NCBI GenBank assembly: GCA_038087875.1
Contig: CM075989.1
Location: 10,108,001-10,172,000 of the forward strand
DNA: 64,000 bases
Direction of reading: 5' to 3'
DNA from: Malacoraja senta
Taxonomy: Eukaryota
A model generated the notes under the pieces. The model saw only the letters and a program-made list of their open reading frames with translations. It was not told where the DNA came from and ran no database searches. Shown piece after piece: positions 48,641-62,230 of this stretch (positions within the stretch are counted from its first letter, which is position 1; each line of letters starts with the position of its first letter). The translations under genes and the position numbers were made by a program.

Positions 48641-50690
48641 ATTGTCTTTCCTTGTGTAGGGAGATCAATACTGTGCACAGCAGTCAGATGTGGCCTAATT
48701 TATGAGAACATTCTGTTAGCTTTCCCAATTATTTGCTCTACCGGAATCGTAGCCTTTTGCGCATCATCCACTCAGACACCCACATCTTTCTGCATCTCGC
48801 AACTCTGCAATCTCTTACCATGTAAATGTTATGTTTCCTTTTCATTTTTCCAATCAACACGCGATAAATAGATGGTTAATTTTTGCCCACGCATATATTC
48901 GACAAGTGACCCCCACCTTCTGTTCTCCGAGTAATAGAAAAATCCCCCCTTACAGTATTCACAAATCACGACCCCAAAAAAAGTAAATAAATAAACATTA
49001 TTTTAAAGCTCATATTTCTTGGCACGTGTGCAAATGACAAGATTTTTTATAACAGAAAATCGCAATGCCAACACATTTCTAAGACTTAAACACCCCCCAT
49101 GCAGTTTTGCCTGTATTTATATTATTTTGTAATCTCCTTTTGAACTCTTTATATCTTACTTTCCCGACTATCTTTGTGCAATCAGCAAACAGGAACAGTA
49201 CCCGCATCCAAGTCATTCATGTAAATTGCCCAAGGTTGAGGCCCCTGTTCCATTCCCTATGGCACACCATTTGTAGCCATTCAGAAGAAGACCCATTTAT
49301 GACCAGGAAAAGGCACATAGTGCCTCAGCAGGTCAGGCAGCATCTCTGGAGAACATGGGTATGTGACGTTTTAAGTCAGGACCTTCTCCTGTCTGCTTTT
49401 GTTTGGGGAAAAAAGATGGGAAGAGAGGAGCAAGATAAGGCCAGACAGGTAATAGGTTGATCAGGTGAGGAGGTCAAACTATTATCTGCCAGAGTTTGTC
49501 CAGCCCCTCCTCTCTTCCAGCTTTCCTCCCCCCCCCCCCGTCACAATCAGTCTCCACCCAAAATGTCACCTATCCATAATCTTCAGAGATGCTGCTTGAC
49601 CCTCGGAGTTACTCCAGCATATTGTGTCTTTTTTTTAAAACCACAATCTGCAGTTCCTTGTTTCTCCATTTATGCCTAAGCTCTGCTTCCTGCCAGCAGC
49701 CAATCTTCTAGTTACACCAATATGTTACCTCCTACAATACCAGCTCTGATTTTCTGCATTAACCCTCGATGTGGCTCCTCATCAAATGCCTCCTAGAATC
49801 TAAATAATGTCGATCCCTCCGTTATCATTTTTCCACCAAATGTCATTTCTTCAAAGAACTCCAACAAATTAGCCAAATACCCTTCCTCAAAACCCTGTCG
49901 ATTTCGCTTGATTACCTAAGATTTTTCTAAATGCCTTGTTCTAATGCCCTACTAATAATTTCTAACATTTTTCTTATGACACATATCTTAAGCTCACCAG
50001 GCTGTAGTTTCCTACTTTCTGTCACCTTCTCATTTTGAATGTTATATTTGCTATTTTCCAATCTAATGGAATATTGGAATTGGAACATGAGGAAATTTGG
50101 ACAAATAAAACCAATGCAATAAATCTCTATAACAATATTACCCTTCAGCGCTAAAGTGCGGCGTGAATTTTTTAAAGTGTACATAATGGGACTTGAACTC
50201 ACAACTGTGATGTATCTTTAAGGGTGGAGCATTGGTAAATAGTGTGCCACCCAATAAATAAATCTCCAGTTCTGGAAAAGACACGGAAACAGGCCCTTCA
50301 GCCGAACTCATCCATGCTGACCAAGATATCCCATCTAAGCTAATCCCATTTGGCTGCATTGGGTCCATGTCCCTCTAAACCTTTGTTATCCGCGTACCTG
50401 TCCAACAGTCTTTTGAATGTTGTTACCGTACCTGCCTCAACTACCTTCTTGGAAGACATTCTAAATTGGTGATGGGGTTGGAGAAGGATTTGTTGATGTT
50501 TATACGCAAACTTTGGGCGAGTCTAGAACAATGATTTCTCAGGCAATGTTTCTGCAGTTGCCATTCAGAATCTCCTGTGTCCAAGGCCCTTTTATTTGAA
50601 TCACTAAGAGTGCATGGCAAAGTGAGAGCAACAATAGGCACAAAGGCACGGATTTACCACTGGACTATCTCACATCCCATGACATGCTGA

Positions 50691-51322
50691 AGTCAAGTCA
50701 ATTTTATTTCTATAGCACATTTAAAAACAACTCTCGTTGACCAAAGTGCTTTACATCAGTGCAGGTACTAACATGCTACATACAGTGGTACATAGATCTA
50801 ACAATACATACATACATACACAGCGCTCCCTCAGAGGACCTCAAGAAATGCTTGTGAGTAGAAATAGGTTTTAAGTCTAGACTTAAAGGAGTCGATGGAG
50901 GGGGCAGTTCTGATGAGAAGAGGGATGCTGTTCCACAGTCTAGGTGCTGCAACCGCAAATGCGCGATCGCCCCTGAGCTTATACCTGGGCCGCGGGATAG
51001 TCAGTAGCCTCAAGTCAGCCGACCTGAGGGACCTGGAGGTAGAATGGTGGGTTAGCAGATTTTTGATGTAGGTGGGGACAAGCCCGTTAAGGGCTTTGTA
51101 TACAGAGAGGAGGAGCTTGAAATTGATTCTGTACCGTACTGGGAGCCAGTGGAGAGAGGCCAGAATCGGGGTGATGTGGTCCCTTTTACGGGTACCCGTC
51201 AGAAGTCTCGCTGCAGCGTTTTGGACCAATTGCAGGTGGGACAGGGATGATTGCCTGATGCCAGTGTATAGGGAGTTGCAGTAATCAAGGCGGGAGGAGA
51301 CAAATGCGTGGATGATTTTTCA
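50691..51322 (-). mobile_element. L2 LINE 3' fragment
   Basis: SSRLDYCNSL, VQNAAARLLTG..DHITPILASLHWLPV, GDRAFAVAAPRLWN, FKSRLKTYF. (GACTT)n tail. Confidence 0.92.
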
Positions 51323-51414
51323 AGTGCAGTGAGATAACATGACTGTCCCAATAGGGAGCATGGTCATGTATGACCGTGTTCTAAAATCATTCAATATAAA
51401 TGCACTTCTTTGTT

Positions 51415-51745
51415 TTATAGTCATACAGTATGGAAGTAGGCCCTTTGGCTCAATTTCCCCACACCTATCAATGTCCCGTCTACACTAGTTCCACCTGTCT
51501 GCATTTGTCCCAAATGCCTCTAAACCTATCCATGCACCTATCTAAACATTTCTTAAACGTTGTGATAGTATTTGCCTCAACTACATTCTCCGGCAGCTCG
51601 TTCCATGTATTCAGCACCCTTTGTGTAAAATAGTTACCCCTCAGGTTCCTATTAAATCTTTACCCCCTCACCTTAAACCTATGTCCTCTGGTTCTCGATT
51701 CCCCTATGCTGTGCAAGAGACTCTACGTTTTTACCCGATCTAAAG
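51415..51745 (-). mobile_element. CR1-type LINE 3' end
   Basis: Closely similar to 19390-19580. Confidence 0.8.
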
Positions 51746-52896
51746 TGTTCAAGCAAACGTTCCCCTGGAGGAGAAGGTGATATTGCGGGTGCAAAAAGCT
51801 ATGTGGTGTGCAAGTATAAGTAAATAATATTCCATCAGACACTGGGCCAGAGGTAGCTGGCAGCCTGACAAATCTTCTCACACCATGCAACAGGAAAGAA
51901 GTGTTGCTTAAAGCTCTTGAGCAGAATCTGGAAAATTACTTTTTCCTTGGCCGTTCGAAATAGCTAAGCGCTGTAAGCTTGGCACACGGACTGGAAGCCT
52001 GGTGAGGCAGTTACTGAGTACGTCACTTCATTGTCAATCATTTGCAATTTTTGTGCCTTTTTGCATGGTGTCTTATGCAATAGGCTTGTATGTGGACTGA
52101 TAGTTGAGTGAATTCAGTCAAAGTTGTTGAGCACAATCTAACATTTGAATTTGCACCTTGATGGAAATGGCATCCAAGAATGCGTTGGAATTTTGTCCAC
52201 ACTGGCCATTGATGTAGCCGCAGTCTGCATTTGGGGAGCCGTAGCAAGGTCCAATGCTGTGGAAGTGAATCCAAAGTGAGACCAGTTTCAGTCAGACTGT
52301 TATCATTGTGATAACCATTATTCATCTTGTTCTTGTCGTTTGGATGAGTCATGTGTTTCAGTCATATTTTGTCAGCCTGCTGATCCAAATCTAAGACAAA
52401 CAACATAATTTCTGTGGCAATTTGAAATGACAACAGAAAAGAAAACTTCATAGATTGGAAGTTAATTCTGACAATGAGGAACTGGGAACGTACGATATCC
52501 ATGTCATGAGCAGTGACAGCTGCAAACAGACTGAACAGACAGAAAAACAGACGTCTGCATAAAAGTGTTGGTGAACAACCAATGCATTTTCATGCAAACT
52601 GATACCGCTGCAGTATTATTGTTGATGGGTTACGGCACTTTAGCAAATTCAGTCATTCGTAGTAGATGGAAATAAAAATTTAAAAACTGCAAATGCTGGA
52701 AATCCAAAGTCAAAATAGAAAATGCTGGAAGTGTCGAGTGGGTTCCCGAACATGTAACATTAACTATTTCCCTTTTCACAGATGCTGCCTGACCTCCTGA
52801 ACACTTTTACTATTGACAGAAAGCAGGGTTCACCTGAATACCTACTGCAATGAGGTCTTACAGACATGGGGCAAATAGAGCACACACTCCAATGCA

Positions 52897-53050
52897 CGGG
52901 GGACAGGGGGACAGGGGGGACAAGGACACGGGAGGGGGGGGACACGGGAGGGGGGGGAGCGGGAGGGGGAGGGGAGCGGGAGGGGGAGGGGAGCGGGAGG
53001 GGGAGGGGAGCGGGAGGGAGGGGGCGGGAGGGAGGGGGCGGGAAGGGGGC
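52897..53050. repeat. G-rich low-complexity tract
   Basis: Repeats of GGGAGGGGGAGGGGAGC and GGGGGACA. Confidence 0.85.
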
Positions 53051-54104
53051 CTTGTCAATAGTAAATGCATCCAAGGCAGAAATAACAGTTCCCTTATGTT
53101 GAGACTCCAATGACACATTAAATCAAGCAGATGAACAATATCCTCTCCCCTCTTTGCAAGACGTGTATACTGACGAGCAGCATCAAAGGTACCTTTCCCA
53201 TGCTGATGTAGATTCGACAGATACAGTGGGCAGTGACCATCCACATATGCAGTAAACTAAACTCTAAACTAAACTAAATAAAAACTAAAAGAAAATGAAA
53301 ACTAAACTAAATTCTAAACTAAAACAAAACGCAAGTTGCGTTTTCCATTCTGCACAGATTTGAATGTTGACAATAGAGTGGGCAGTGCCTGACCATCAAG
53401 ATTACAGGAGTCGATTTGCACACAAGGTTATCCAATGGCTAAAATGAATAAGATCTTACTGTCAGAAGGTCCCGAAAAGGAAAGGACTTGAATGCAGGCT
53501 CATCGAGAAGTACTGAAGAAAACCCAAAATCCAGACGTAAATGGAACCAAAGGATATAGACCTGGAACTGCTATCGAACCAACAGAATGCAGAACTGACG
53601 AGTCGGCACCCAATTGGTGATGATCTCAGGTATTTATACCAAGTGATGAATTAGGGGAGCAGAATAAATGCAGGTGTAACTCCTAATAGCTCATGGGATG
53701 AGTGTGGAAAGAGTCTCAAGTGTGTTGAGGCGTGGCAAGTGTGGCACTTACAGGGAGGTGATCATTGGTCGCTTAACCAAGATGATCAGCAGATTGCCAT
53801 CAAAAGAGAAAAAAGAAAATCTGATTTAGTGTGCAGCGTCTGGAACTGAAATTGGTGCCAAGGGCTACAACCAGCGAAGCTATCACTGGGGTACAACTAG
53901 AGAGTGGTCCTGAGCTACTATCTACCTCATTGCAAACCATTGGACTATCTTTAATCAGACTTTACTGGACTTTCATGTATCTGTACGCTGTGGACGGCTC
54001 GATTGTAATCATGCAGTCATTCTGCTGACTGGTCAGCACGCAACAAAAGCTTTTCACTGTACCTTGGCACACGTGACAATAAACGTAACTAACCAACTAA
54101 CTAA

Positions 54105-54401
54105 AGGGCCTGTCTCACTGTACGAGGTAATTCAAGAGCTCTCCCGAGTTAAAAAAAATAATCAAACTCGTGAATGTACGTAGCGGCTACGTCGGAGCTC
54201 GTGGATGTCTCGTAGCAGCTCATAATGCTAACGGCAGGTACTCGGGAAACGCGGTAACTCGTGAAGTTTTTTCTGCACTGTGAAAAATGTCCACGAGAGC
54301 CCCGAGTACCTACGAACCGCTATTACCGTAATTCTCCGAGTTCGAATCAAGGGAAACTCGGGAGAACTCTTGAAATTACTTCGTACAGTGGGACAGGCCC
54401 T
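54105..54401. mobile_element. PIF/Harbinger-like MITE
   Basis: TIR AGGGCCTGTCTCACTGTACGA...TCGTACAGTGGGACAGGCCCT with TAA duplicated on both sides. Confidence 0.8.
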
Positions 54402-54617
54402 TAACTGACTTTGAATGCCCCTTATTGGCTGAACTGAAAGGGCCTTAAAGGATGCTACAGAAATACACATCTTAATTCCAAATAATATCAACAAAAGATT
54501 CCAAGCTTTAATAATCATTAAGGATTCATCATTAAGGATTGGTTGCATCCTCAGCAGAATCAAACCTCCATCACACTTCCACTTGTAGGAGATGTACAAT
54601 AATTCTAAAGGGCCTGA

Positions 54618-54900
54618 GGATAGATACAAAATGCTGGAGTAACTCAGTGGGACGGGCAGCATCTCTGGAAAGAAGGAATGGGTGGCGTTTTGGCTTCTTC
54701 AGTCACCTATTCCTTCTGTCCAGAGATGCTGCCTGTTCCGCTGAGTTACTCCAGCATTTTGTGCCTATCTTCAGTGTAAGCCAACATCTGGTTTACAGGT
54801 GTCAGTGGTTATGGGGAGAAGGCAGGAGAATGGGGTTAGGAGGGAGAGATAGGTCAGTAATTCTACTCCTATTCCTTATGATCTGCAGTTCCTTCCCACA
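54618..54900. mobile_element. Palindromic Penelope-derived fragment with nested CR1 3' tail (54791-54880)
   Basis: Inverted arms 54626-54760. ATCTG is duplicated around the CR1 tail insertion. Confidence 0.65.
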
Positions 54901-57319
54901 CAATTCTAAAGGGGCTGTTTGCTTCAGAGAGCTCGGTGCTCAAATTGCCTGTGTCTGGGCCAGTCAGCACTCCAATAGTCTAATTTCAGTCTTGCTGTTT
55001 ATTTCTTTGAAGGGAGGATTTAGCCAGAACGACTTGCTTATGTCACTGGCACGGGAAAGTCCCTCCCAGAGTGGATGCAGTCTGTGTGAAAGGCAGTTCA
55101 GTGGATGATCCGACAGTGAACAGGCAGTCCCCTGTCCTCCAGCATCACCTAGTGGAAATATCTCGTACATATTACTGTGCGGAAGGGTGGTATTTCAACA
55201 GGTTTGTGCCCGCGTTTTGACATGGTTCTCTGCAACGGAACGACTTGCATTTACACAGCAGCTTATTTCAAATCTGAAACGCCTTGCTGCCAATGAAGTA
55301 CTGAAGTAACACTGTAGTAGCAGGAATGTCAGTGGCTGCTTTAACCCACTGGCACAACCTCAATGGAAAGGTATCACTGCACAAAATGAAAATCAAAGAA
55401 AATACGGATGCCGGAAATCTGAATTTAAAATAATTTACTGCAAATATCAGGTTCTTTCTCAATCTTAGACATGAAATTTTAACTTTGCTTCTCTTTCCCC
55501 AGATGCTGCCTGACCTGCTGAGTGTTTCCAGCGTTTACTATTAGACATCACTACACTTCCAAGAGTCAAACGTGTTTCGATGTCCTATATACTGAGATCG
55601 AGACAACTGAACTCTGCCTTGCCAGAAGAGTAAATTCCTGTCAATTTTAAATTGAATTAAAAAAGGCAAGGAGAAAGGAAAGGGCAGACGGAGTTATGTG
55701 TGACCAGGCCTCTGCTGTGAAGCCCTGAGGATTTGTGCACCATTCCACTCACAAAAGGCTGCTCTAAGCTCATCTGAGGTAACCCGACAGGCCCGACCAG
55801 GGGGCTTGACGTGGTTGCCTCCCACTTACATAATGTCTTTGCAGCGGTCGGCTTTCTTCCACCTGCCCAGCAGTGGTTTGGACAACCTCATGTTGATAAG
55901 GTCATAAGGTCATAAGGAATAGGAGTAGAAGTAGGCCATTCAGCCCATCAAGTCTACTCCGCCATTCAATCATGTCTGATCTATCTCTCCCTCCTAACCC
56001 CATTCTCCTGCCTTGATGGAGAGTAGAATGAATGTTTGCCCAGGTGAGTGTTGGAGTAGTAAAGTCCAGAGGCCACAAAGACTAAAAGGTTCATCAGCAG
56101 CACACATGATGAGACAAGGCCACGTTCAGGTGATGGGACCGATGTAGAAATGCCCAACGATACTCTCATTGATGCCTACTTCAAAAGTAGTTCATTGGTT
56201 ATGAAGTGTTTTGGGATATTCTGCAGCCATGTGATTGGGCTTGAGAAGATGGCGGTGAGCCTCTTTCTGGAATGCTTCCAATGAAAGTAATCCCACGCCT
56301 CTGCTGACCAATGACGATGGAAGGTCAGCAAGATACTTCCAAGTCAGGCTGTTGTGTGACTTTGGGGGGCATTCAGATGGTTTGGGTGTTCCCATGTGCC
56401 TGCTATCCTTGCCCTTCTGGGTAATGGTCATGGGATTAGAGTTGCATTCAAGGAAGCGCACCTTGAGGGTGGAACGCTGCATGGTTTGCTGGTGATAAAG
56501 GGAGAGTTCATAAGTTCATAAGTGATAGGTGCAGAATTAGTCCATTCGGCCCATCAAGTCTGCTCTCCCCACTATCTCTCCCTACCAAACCCATTCTCCT
56601 GCCTTCGCCCCATAAACCCAGACACCCGTACTAGGGAGGAAATGTTTAAAGTATATTTTAAGTTCCTTTTTAGGCTTGTCCATGAGTTCGATGGGCTGAA
56701 TGAAACCTCGAAACTAGGCAAAAAATTATTTGAAGCAAGAAGCTTAAAACTTAGCTTGAAGGTAGGCAAACCATATAAATCAATCAAGATCCTTCTTGAT
56801 ATGTCTATCTATTTAAGGTACGCTCAGAGAAAAAAATAGCCATTCCTTAATACATACGCATGCCTATTATCAGCCCATCCCCAGATCCAAGGCCTTCGTA
56901 AGACTGGGTCTGATGTGAATTACTTTTTAACCATAATAGCATGTATCATTTTCAGCTCAAACACATCTACAAGTTATATTTAGTTCTCCTTTGACCCCAG
57001 ACCCTAACATAAAGAGGAATCTTGCACTACTGTTGCTGAGGAAATTGCTTTAAAGGCCAAGATTGAATTTTGATAGCCTGCATGCTAAAGCAGAGCAAAA
57101 TGCCATCTTTTAAATGCAGCTTTTTCCATGAACATTACTGTATCGTTACATACTGATGACTGATAATGGGAGTGCCTATCCCTGAGGACGGATAAATGGT
57201 ATTTGATTTGTTATATCTGGGTTAGGCAGTAATTTTATCAACACAGTTAACCATTCCAAGTATATGTTGGCCTCGCTCTAGTGTTACAGTGTGTGATTTT
57301 GTTAGGCTGTGGGAAGGAC

Positions 57320-57765
57320 AACAGGAATTTGAGGGCCTGGGCTATCAGGAGAGATTGGGAAGGCTAGGACTTTATTCCTTGGAGCGCAGGAGGCTGAGGG
57401 GTTATCTCATCAAAGTATATAAAATCATGAGGGGAATAGACAGGACAAATGTGCACTCTTTTCCCCAGAGTAGGGATCAAGAATGAGAGGCCATGAGTTT
57501 AAGGTGAAAGGGGAAAGAATTAATAGGAACCTGAGGGGTGACTTTTTCATACAGAGGGTGCTGGGCATATGGAACGAGCTGCCAGAAGAAGTAGTTGAGA
57601 CAGATTCATAACAATTTAAAATACACTGAACAAATACATAGATAACAAAGGTTTAGTGGGGTATGAGCCAAATACAGGCAAATGGGACAAGCTTACTAGG
57701 GGGGTTTTGGTTGGCATGGAAACGTTGGGCCACAAAGCCTGTTTCTGTGCTGTATGACTATAATC
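57320..57765 (+). mobile_element. CR1-type LINE 3' end
   Basis: FEGLGYQERLGRLGLYSLERRRLRG. Confidence 0.85.
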
Positions 57766-57779
57766 TTATGGGGTAGGAA

Positions 57780-58510
57780 AGCACAGGGACAGGCCATTTG
57801 ACCCACCGTGTCCACATTGACCATGCCTTAACCCAACTAATCACATCTGCTTGTGCATGGTGCATATCCCTCTATTCCCTGCCTATTAATGTGCATATAT
57901 AAATGTCTCTTAGATATGTTGCAATCATATCCACTTCTACCATCTTCCCTGGCAGTGCATTCCGGGTACCCACCACTCTCCGTGAAAAAAAAACTGTATT
58001 GAAAATATCCTTTAAACATTCTCCCTCTTACCTTAAACCTGTGCCCTCTAGTATTTGACATTTCCACCCTGGAAAAAAAAACCCTCTGGATATCTACCCT
58101 ATCTATGGGTCTCATAATCTGATATACTTCTAACATTTTACCAGGTCAATAGTTCGTCACATTGTTCCCCTCTTGAGTTGACACCTTACCTAGCCAACAA
58201 TGGGCCCACCAGGGCCTCGCCTGAGGTCATTTGTCGCCGGCCCAGATTGAACCTGGTTTTCTCTCGCCTCCAGCTCTTCACCCCACTATCCCCCCCAGCC
58301 CCTTACTTTCTGTCTGAAGAAGCGTCCCCCATTCTTTTTCTCCAGAGATGCTGCCTGACCCGCTGAGTTACTCCAGCACTTTGTGTCTATCTTTGGCATA
58401 AGCCAGCATCTGCAGTTCCTTGTTTCTGTGCTTCTATCAGGTCATTCCGCAGTGTCCGATGCTCCAGAGCAAACACTAGGAGTTTGTCCAACCACTCCTT
58501 ATAGCTTATG
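57780..58510 (-). mobile_element. CR1-type LINE 3' fragment with nested Penelope fragment (~58133-58430)
   Basis: EVYQIMR.IDRVD, SNTRGHRFKVRG. CTTCTA is duplicated around the PLE insertion. Confidence 0.75.
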
Positions 58511-60052
58511 CACCTCCTTCTTTGCATGTCAGCCTCCTGTCCGTATGGCTAGGGGTTAAGCATTGCCTTTAGTAAAGTGTTTGGACACCACTATTTTCCT
58601 AGTGTAATGTTCCTGCCTGATGTTTGAGTCAAGGCTTACCATATCAACCAATATCTCACATGAAGACCGTTCTCAGGTAAACAACAGAGAAACAATCGAT
58701 GGCTATCGTAGCTTCCTCACATTTCAGAATGTCACCATTGCATGGTAAAATTGATAAGACTCATGTTTCTAGCCTTTGCGCATTGCTTCAGTTTACCTCA
58801 ATGCATTTTACAGACGAGGAAATACCACTTGCAGCTCAGTGACTGATAGATCGTGGGAAGGGCAGCAGCCTGCGTGTGCACGACAAGATCTTACAAGACT
58901 ACATGCTTTTGAGATATTGATTGAGGATTAAATATTGCCCAAAGCAGTGGAGAAACTCCCCTGCTTCTCTTTAAAATTCTCCTACAGAATCTTTTATGTG
59001 ATCTGAGAGAAGAGACAAAACTTGTTTTGATGTTGTAGAGTCATTGAGCACGGAATCAGGTCCTTTGACTTGGTTTATTATTGAGTGAGTTCGATTTTTC
59101 TGCATTTGGTCCATATCCTGCTTCTTTTTTTCGTGTCTATCTTGTTACAAATGTTGATCTCGCTGTCATCGTCCGTCCTAGAAAGGACGCAAGCATCCTG
59201 CGACAATCAGTGGAAGCCATCACTTGTCGCATTAGATAATGGTGGTAGCAGAATTAGCTCAGGATTCTTCCAGTTCCCAGCCCCGCGACGTGGACGCTTC
59301 TGCTATGGGGCCCATATCCTGCCAATCCATTCCGATCCATGTACCTGCCCAAGTGTCTTTTAAACAATGCCTTTGTACCCATGTATGATGTGAAAGTTGT
59401 CAGCCATGCACTCTCTCATACTGGGATATGAGCCTTCCAACTTAGGACCAAGAGTGCTGCTTATTGAGCCAGTCTACAACTGACAGGATACATTGTTCAA
59501 GACAGGCACGTCCTCAAAGCAGCAAGTGTTTCCACTGGGCGGGTGTCTTGAATGATGGTCCATGTTACAGGGCAAGATGTTTAGAACTGAAATAAGGAGA
59601 AATCTCTTCATTTGGAGCATGTTGAATGCGTGGAAGTCACACAGGGGTGAAGTAGCCAAATTGCTGAATGTATCTATGGAGGAGGTAGATAGATTTCTAG
59701 ATGCAAAAGACAGGGGAGGAGGGAGAGAGTGAGAATGCACCATTGGGATGGATGAACAGCCATGATCACATTGAATGAAGGAGCAGGCTTGAAGGGCTGA
59801 ATGGCCTTCTCTTGCTGTGCGAGGTTTGATGGCTTCAGAGGGAAAGACGGAAATTCCTTTGGCTTTTGAGCAAGAGCAGTCATGGCTCAGCCTTTGATCA
59901 TCTTGCTTTGGCCTGAGTCCAGGTGATTACAATTACAGTCGTCTATTTCACGCACTGCAAATTATATCAATCTGGAATGCACTGCCTAAAAGGTGATGAG
60001 ATCAGATCCAATACATCGGGAAACTGGATCTCTTTTACTAGAGAGAAACTGA

Positions 60053-60307
60053 GGGCGGCACTGGCACAGCGATAGAGTTGCTGCGTCACAGCGCCAGAGA
60101 GCCAGGTTCGATCCTGACTACGGATGCGGTCTGTACAGTGCGCTGGTTTCCTCCCAGATTCCAAAGACATGCAGATTTGTAGGTTAAGAGGCTTCTGTAA
60201 ATTGTTCCTAGTGTGTAAAATAGAACTCGTGCACGGATGATTGCTGGTCGGCGTGGACTCTGTGGGTTGAAGGGCCTGTTTCTATGCTGTATCTCTAAAA
60301 CTAAAAC
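60053..60307 (+). mobile_element. tRNA-derived V-SINE (HE1-like)
   Basis: Same head, GGTTCGATCC B box and tail. Confidence 0.85.
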
Positions 60308-61279
60308 ATAACAGGGTTTTATAGAAAGAAGTGAGACTAATAATCCCTTTCAAAGAACCAACCCAGACATTGTGGGCTGAATGGCTTTCATTGCTACAGT
60401 GCACTTTGTGATTCTAGTTGGGGAAGGGTGGTTATTAGATTGAAAATAAAATAGCTTTAATGTACCTTTTTATAGGAACTGAGGCTTAATATTCCTCTTA
60501 CAGAGCAAAAAAGATAGAAAGTCCCATTTATTTAGCACATTTAGCCCAAACAAGGCAACTGCTCACTGTGTTCCATCGCAGTGTTTGTAAACTTCTTCCA
60601 GTTTACCACAGAAGCAGAAAATAGCTTTTCAGTCTTTTTCAGAGCCTCCTGGGCTTTTCAAACGGGGTCTTGGTGCAGAAATATGTATTTGATCAACGTT
60701 GCTGAGGCTCTGAGAGACAGGGTCACAGGCTGGCTGAAGCTCTCCTTCAGAAGTCCCACGATAAGTAAATAAATCCAGCAGGGGCATGGCACGCATGACG
60801 TTTGTGGCCACTGCACGTGTAAACAGACTCGGCAGCTTCTAAACCACAAAGACTCTGAGCTCAGCTTTACAATTCAGGCCCTCAGGCAGGCAATATATGA
60901 GTGCAGTAACAGAAAGGAGTCCCTTTGTTACCAAACTGGTTGAGAGAATGTGTGCTGAGTACACAAATCTCAACCCTGAATAGCTCAAAAAGGCCTTGGC
61001 AAGTTGTTAGATGTGATGCAGCCACCATTTATCGAGAGTACTGGGCATCACTTCTCAGTTTTCCTCAGATCTTCAAAAAAGTACAAGGCCCAGTGATTGA
61101 TTGAGGAAACACACTTTAAAGTAACAAGTATTTAGTTCATTTATCATGTCGCTAGGGGTTACCGGGGCTACAGGAATGCCTTGAATTGTGGCATAATCTT
61201 CCTGACTTTGGAAGAAAAATATTCAAGAATCACAAAATTAAGCCTTTTATGTTTTGACCATTAGTTAAACAAATATTAG

Positions 61280-61780
61280 AAGGGAGGGCATAGTTTTAAG
61301 AGGAGAGGGGGAAAGTTGAAAGGGCCTGTCCCACTTGGGCGTCATTTGCGCGTAATTTACGCAACATCATTTACGCGTCACGACGCACGCGCATTACACA
61401 CGCATGGTGCGTGGTGACGTCGGCAGTGACGCGCGGTCGCGCACGGCGCCCCAGGATTTTGGGCTGCACAAATTCTTTGCGCGCCATCTGCGTGACGCGC
61501 AAATGACGCCCAAGTGGGACAGGCCCTTATAGGAGAGGTGCAGGACAAGCTTCTTGTACACAGAGTACTGGGTGCCTGGGACACGTTGCTAAGGGTGGCG
61601 ATGGAAGTAGATAGAACAGAGGCATTGAGATAGGCATTGAGATAGGCAGATGGATCTACAGGGGATGGTGAGATTCTGGATCATGCGCAGGCAGAAGTGA
61701 TTAGTTTAATTTGGCATCATGTTCGGCACAGAGATGGGTCGAAGGGCCTGTTCCTGTGCTGTAGTGTTCTATGTCTATGC
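61280..61780 (+). mobile_element. CR1-type LINE 3' end (interrupted by MITE)
   Basis: GAGGGCATAG.TTTAAG..GAGAGGGGGAAAG before the MITE. CR1 3' UTR and GAAGGGCCTGTTCC tail after it. Confidence 0.75.
61321..61527. mobile_element. PIF/Harbinger-like MITE inserted in a CR1 fragment
   Basis: ~32-bp inverted ends AGGGCCTGTCCCACTTGGGCGTCATTTGCGCG. Flanks GAA/TAT (possibly a decayed TAA TSD). Confidence 0.78.
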
Positions 61781-61926
61781 GAAGGAATGAAAGGTTTATT
61801 AACTGGTTGGTTCTTTCTTGTTTAACACTTTTTAGTGCGCACTGCTGGCCTGGCTGAGATGGCAAGAAATTACCAACCTAGCTGCTAGCCGTAAACCTTA
61901 TAGAAAGATCTTTGGAAGATCTTAGC

Positions 61927-62230
61927 GTGGCACAATAGTGCAGCGTTAGAGTTGCGGCCTTTCAGCACCAGCAACCCGGGTTCGAGCCTGACTACGGGTG
62001 CTGTCTTTATGGAGTTTGTACGTTCTCCCTGTGACCAAATGGGTTTTCTCCGGGTGCTCCAGTTTCCTCCCACACTCCAAAGATGTACAGGTTTGTTGGT
62101 TAATTGGCAGCTAAAATTGTAAATTGCCCCCAGAGTTAGTGTAAGGAGTGATTACTGGTCGGTGTGGACTCGGTGGGCCGAAGGGCCTGGATTTGCACAG
62201 TATCTCTAAAGTCTAAAAGTCTAAAGTCTT
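61927..62230 (+). mobile_element. tRNA-derived V-SINE (HE1-like)
   Basis: Same family. Confidence 0.85.

Noticed and set aside
53460..53780. Possible solo LTR, likewise ~13760-13980
   Set aside because: Only a vague resemblance (TG start, TATA-like and CAGGTG motifs). No convincing TG...CA boundaries with TSD and no second copy.
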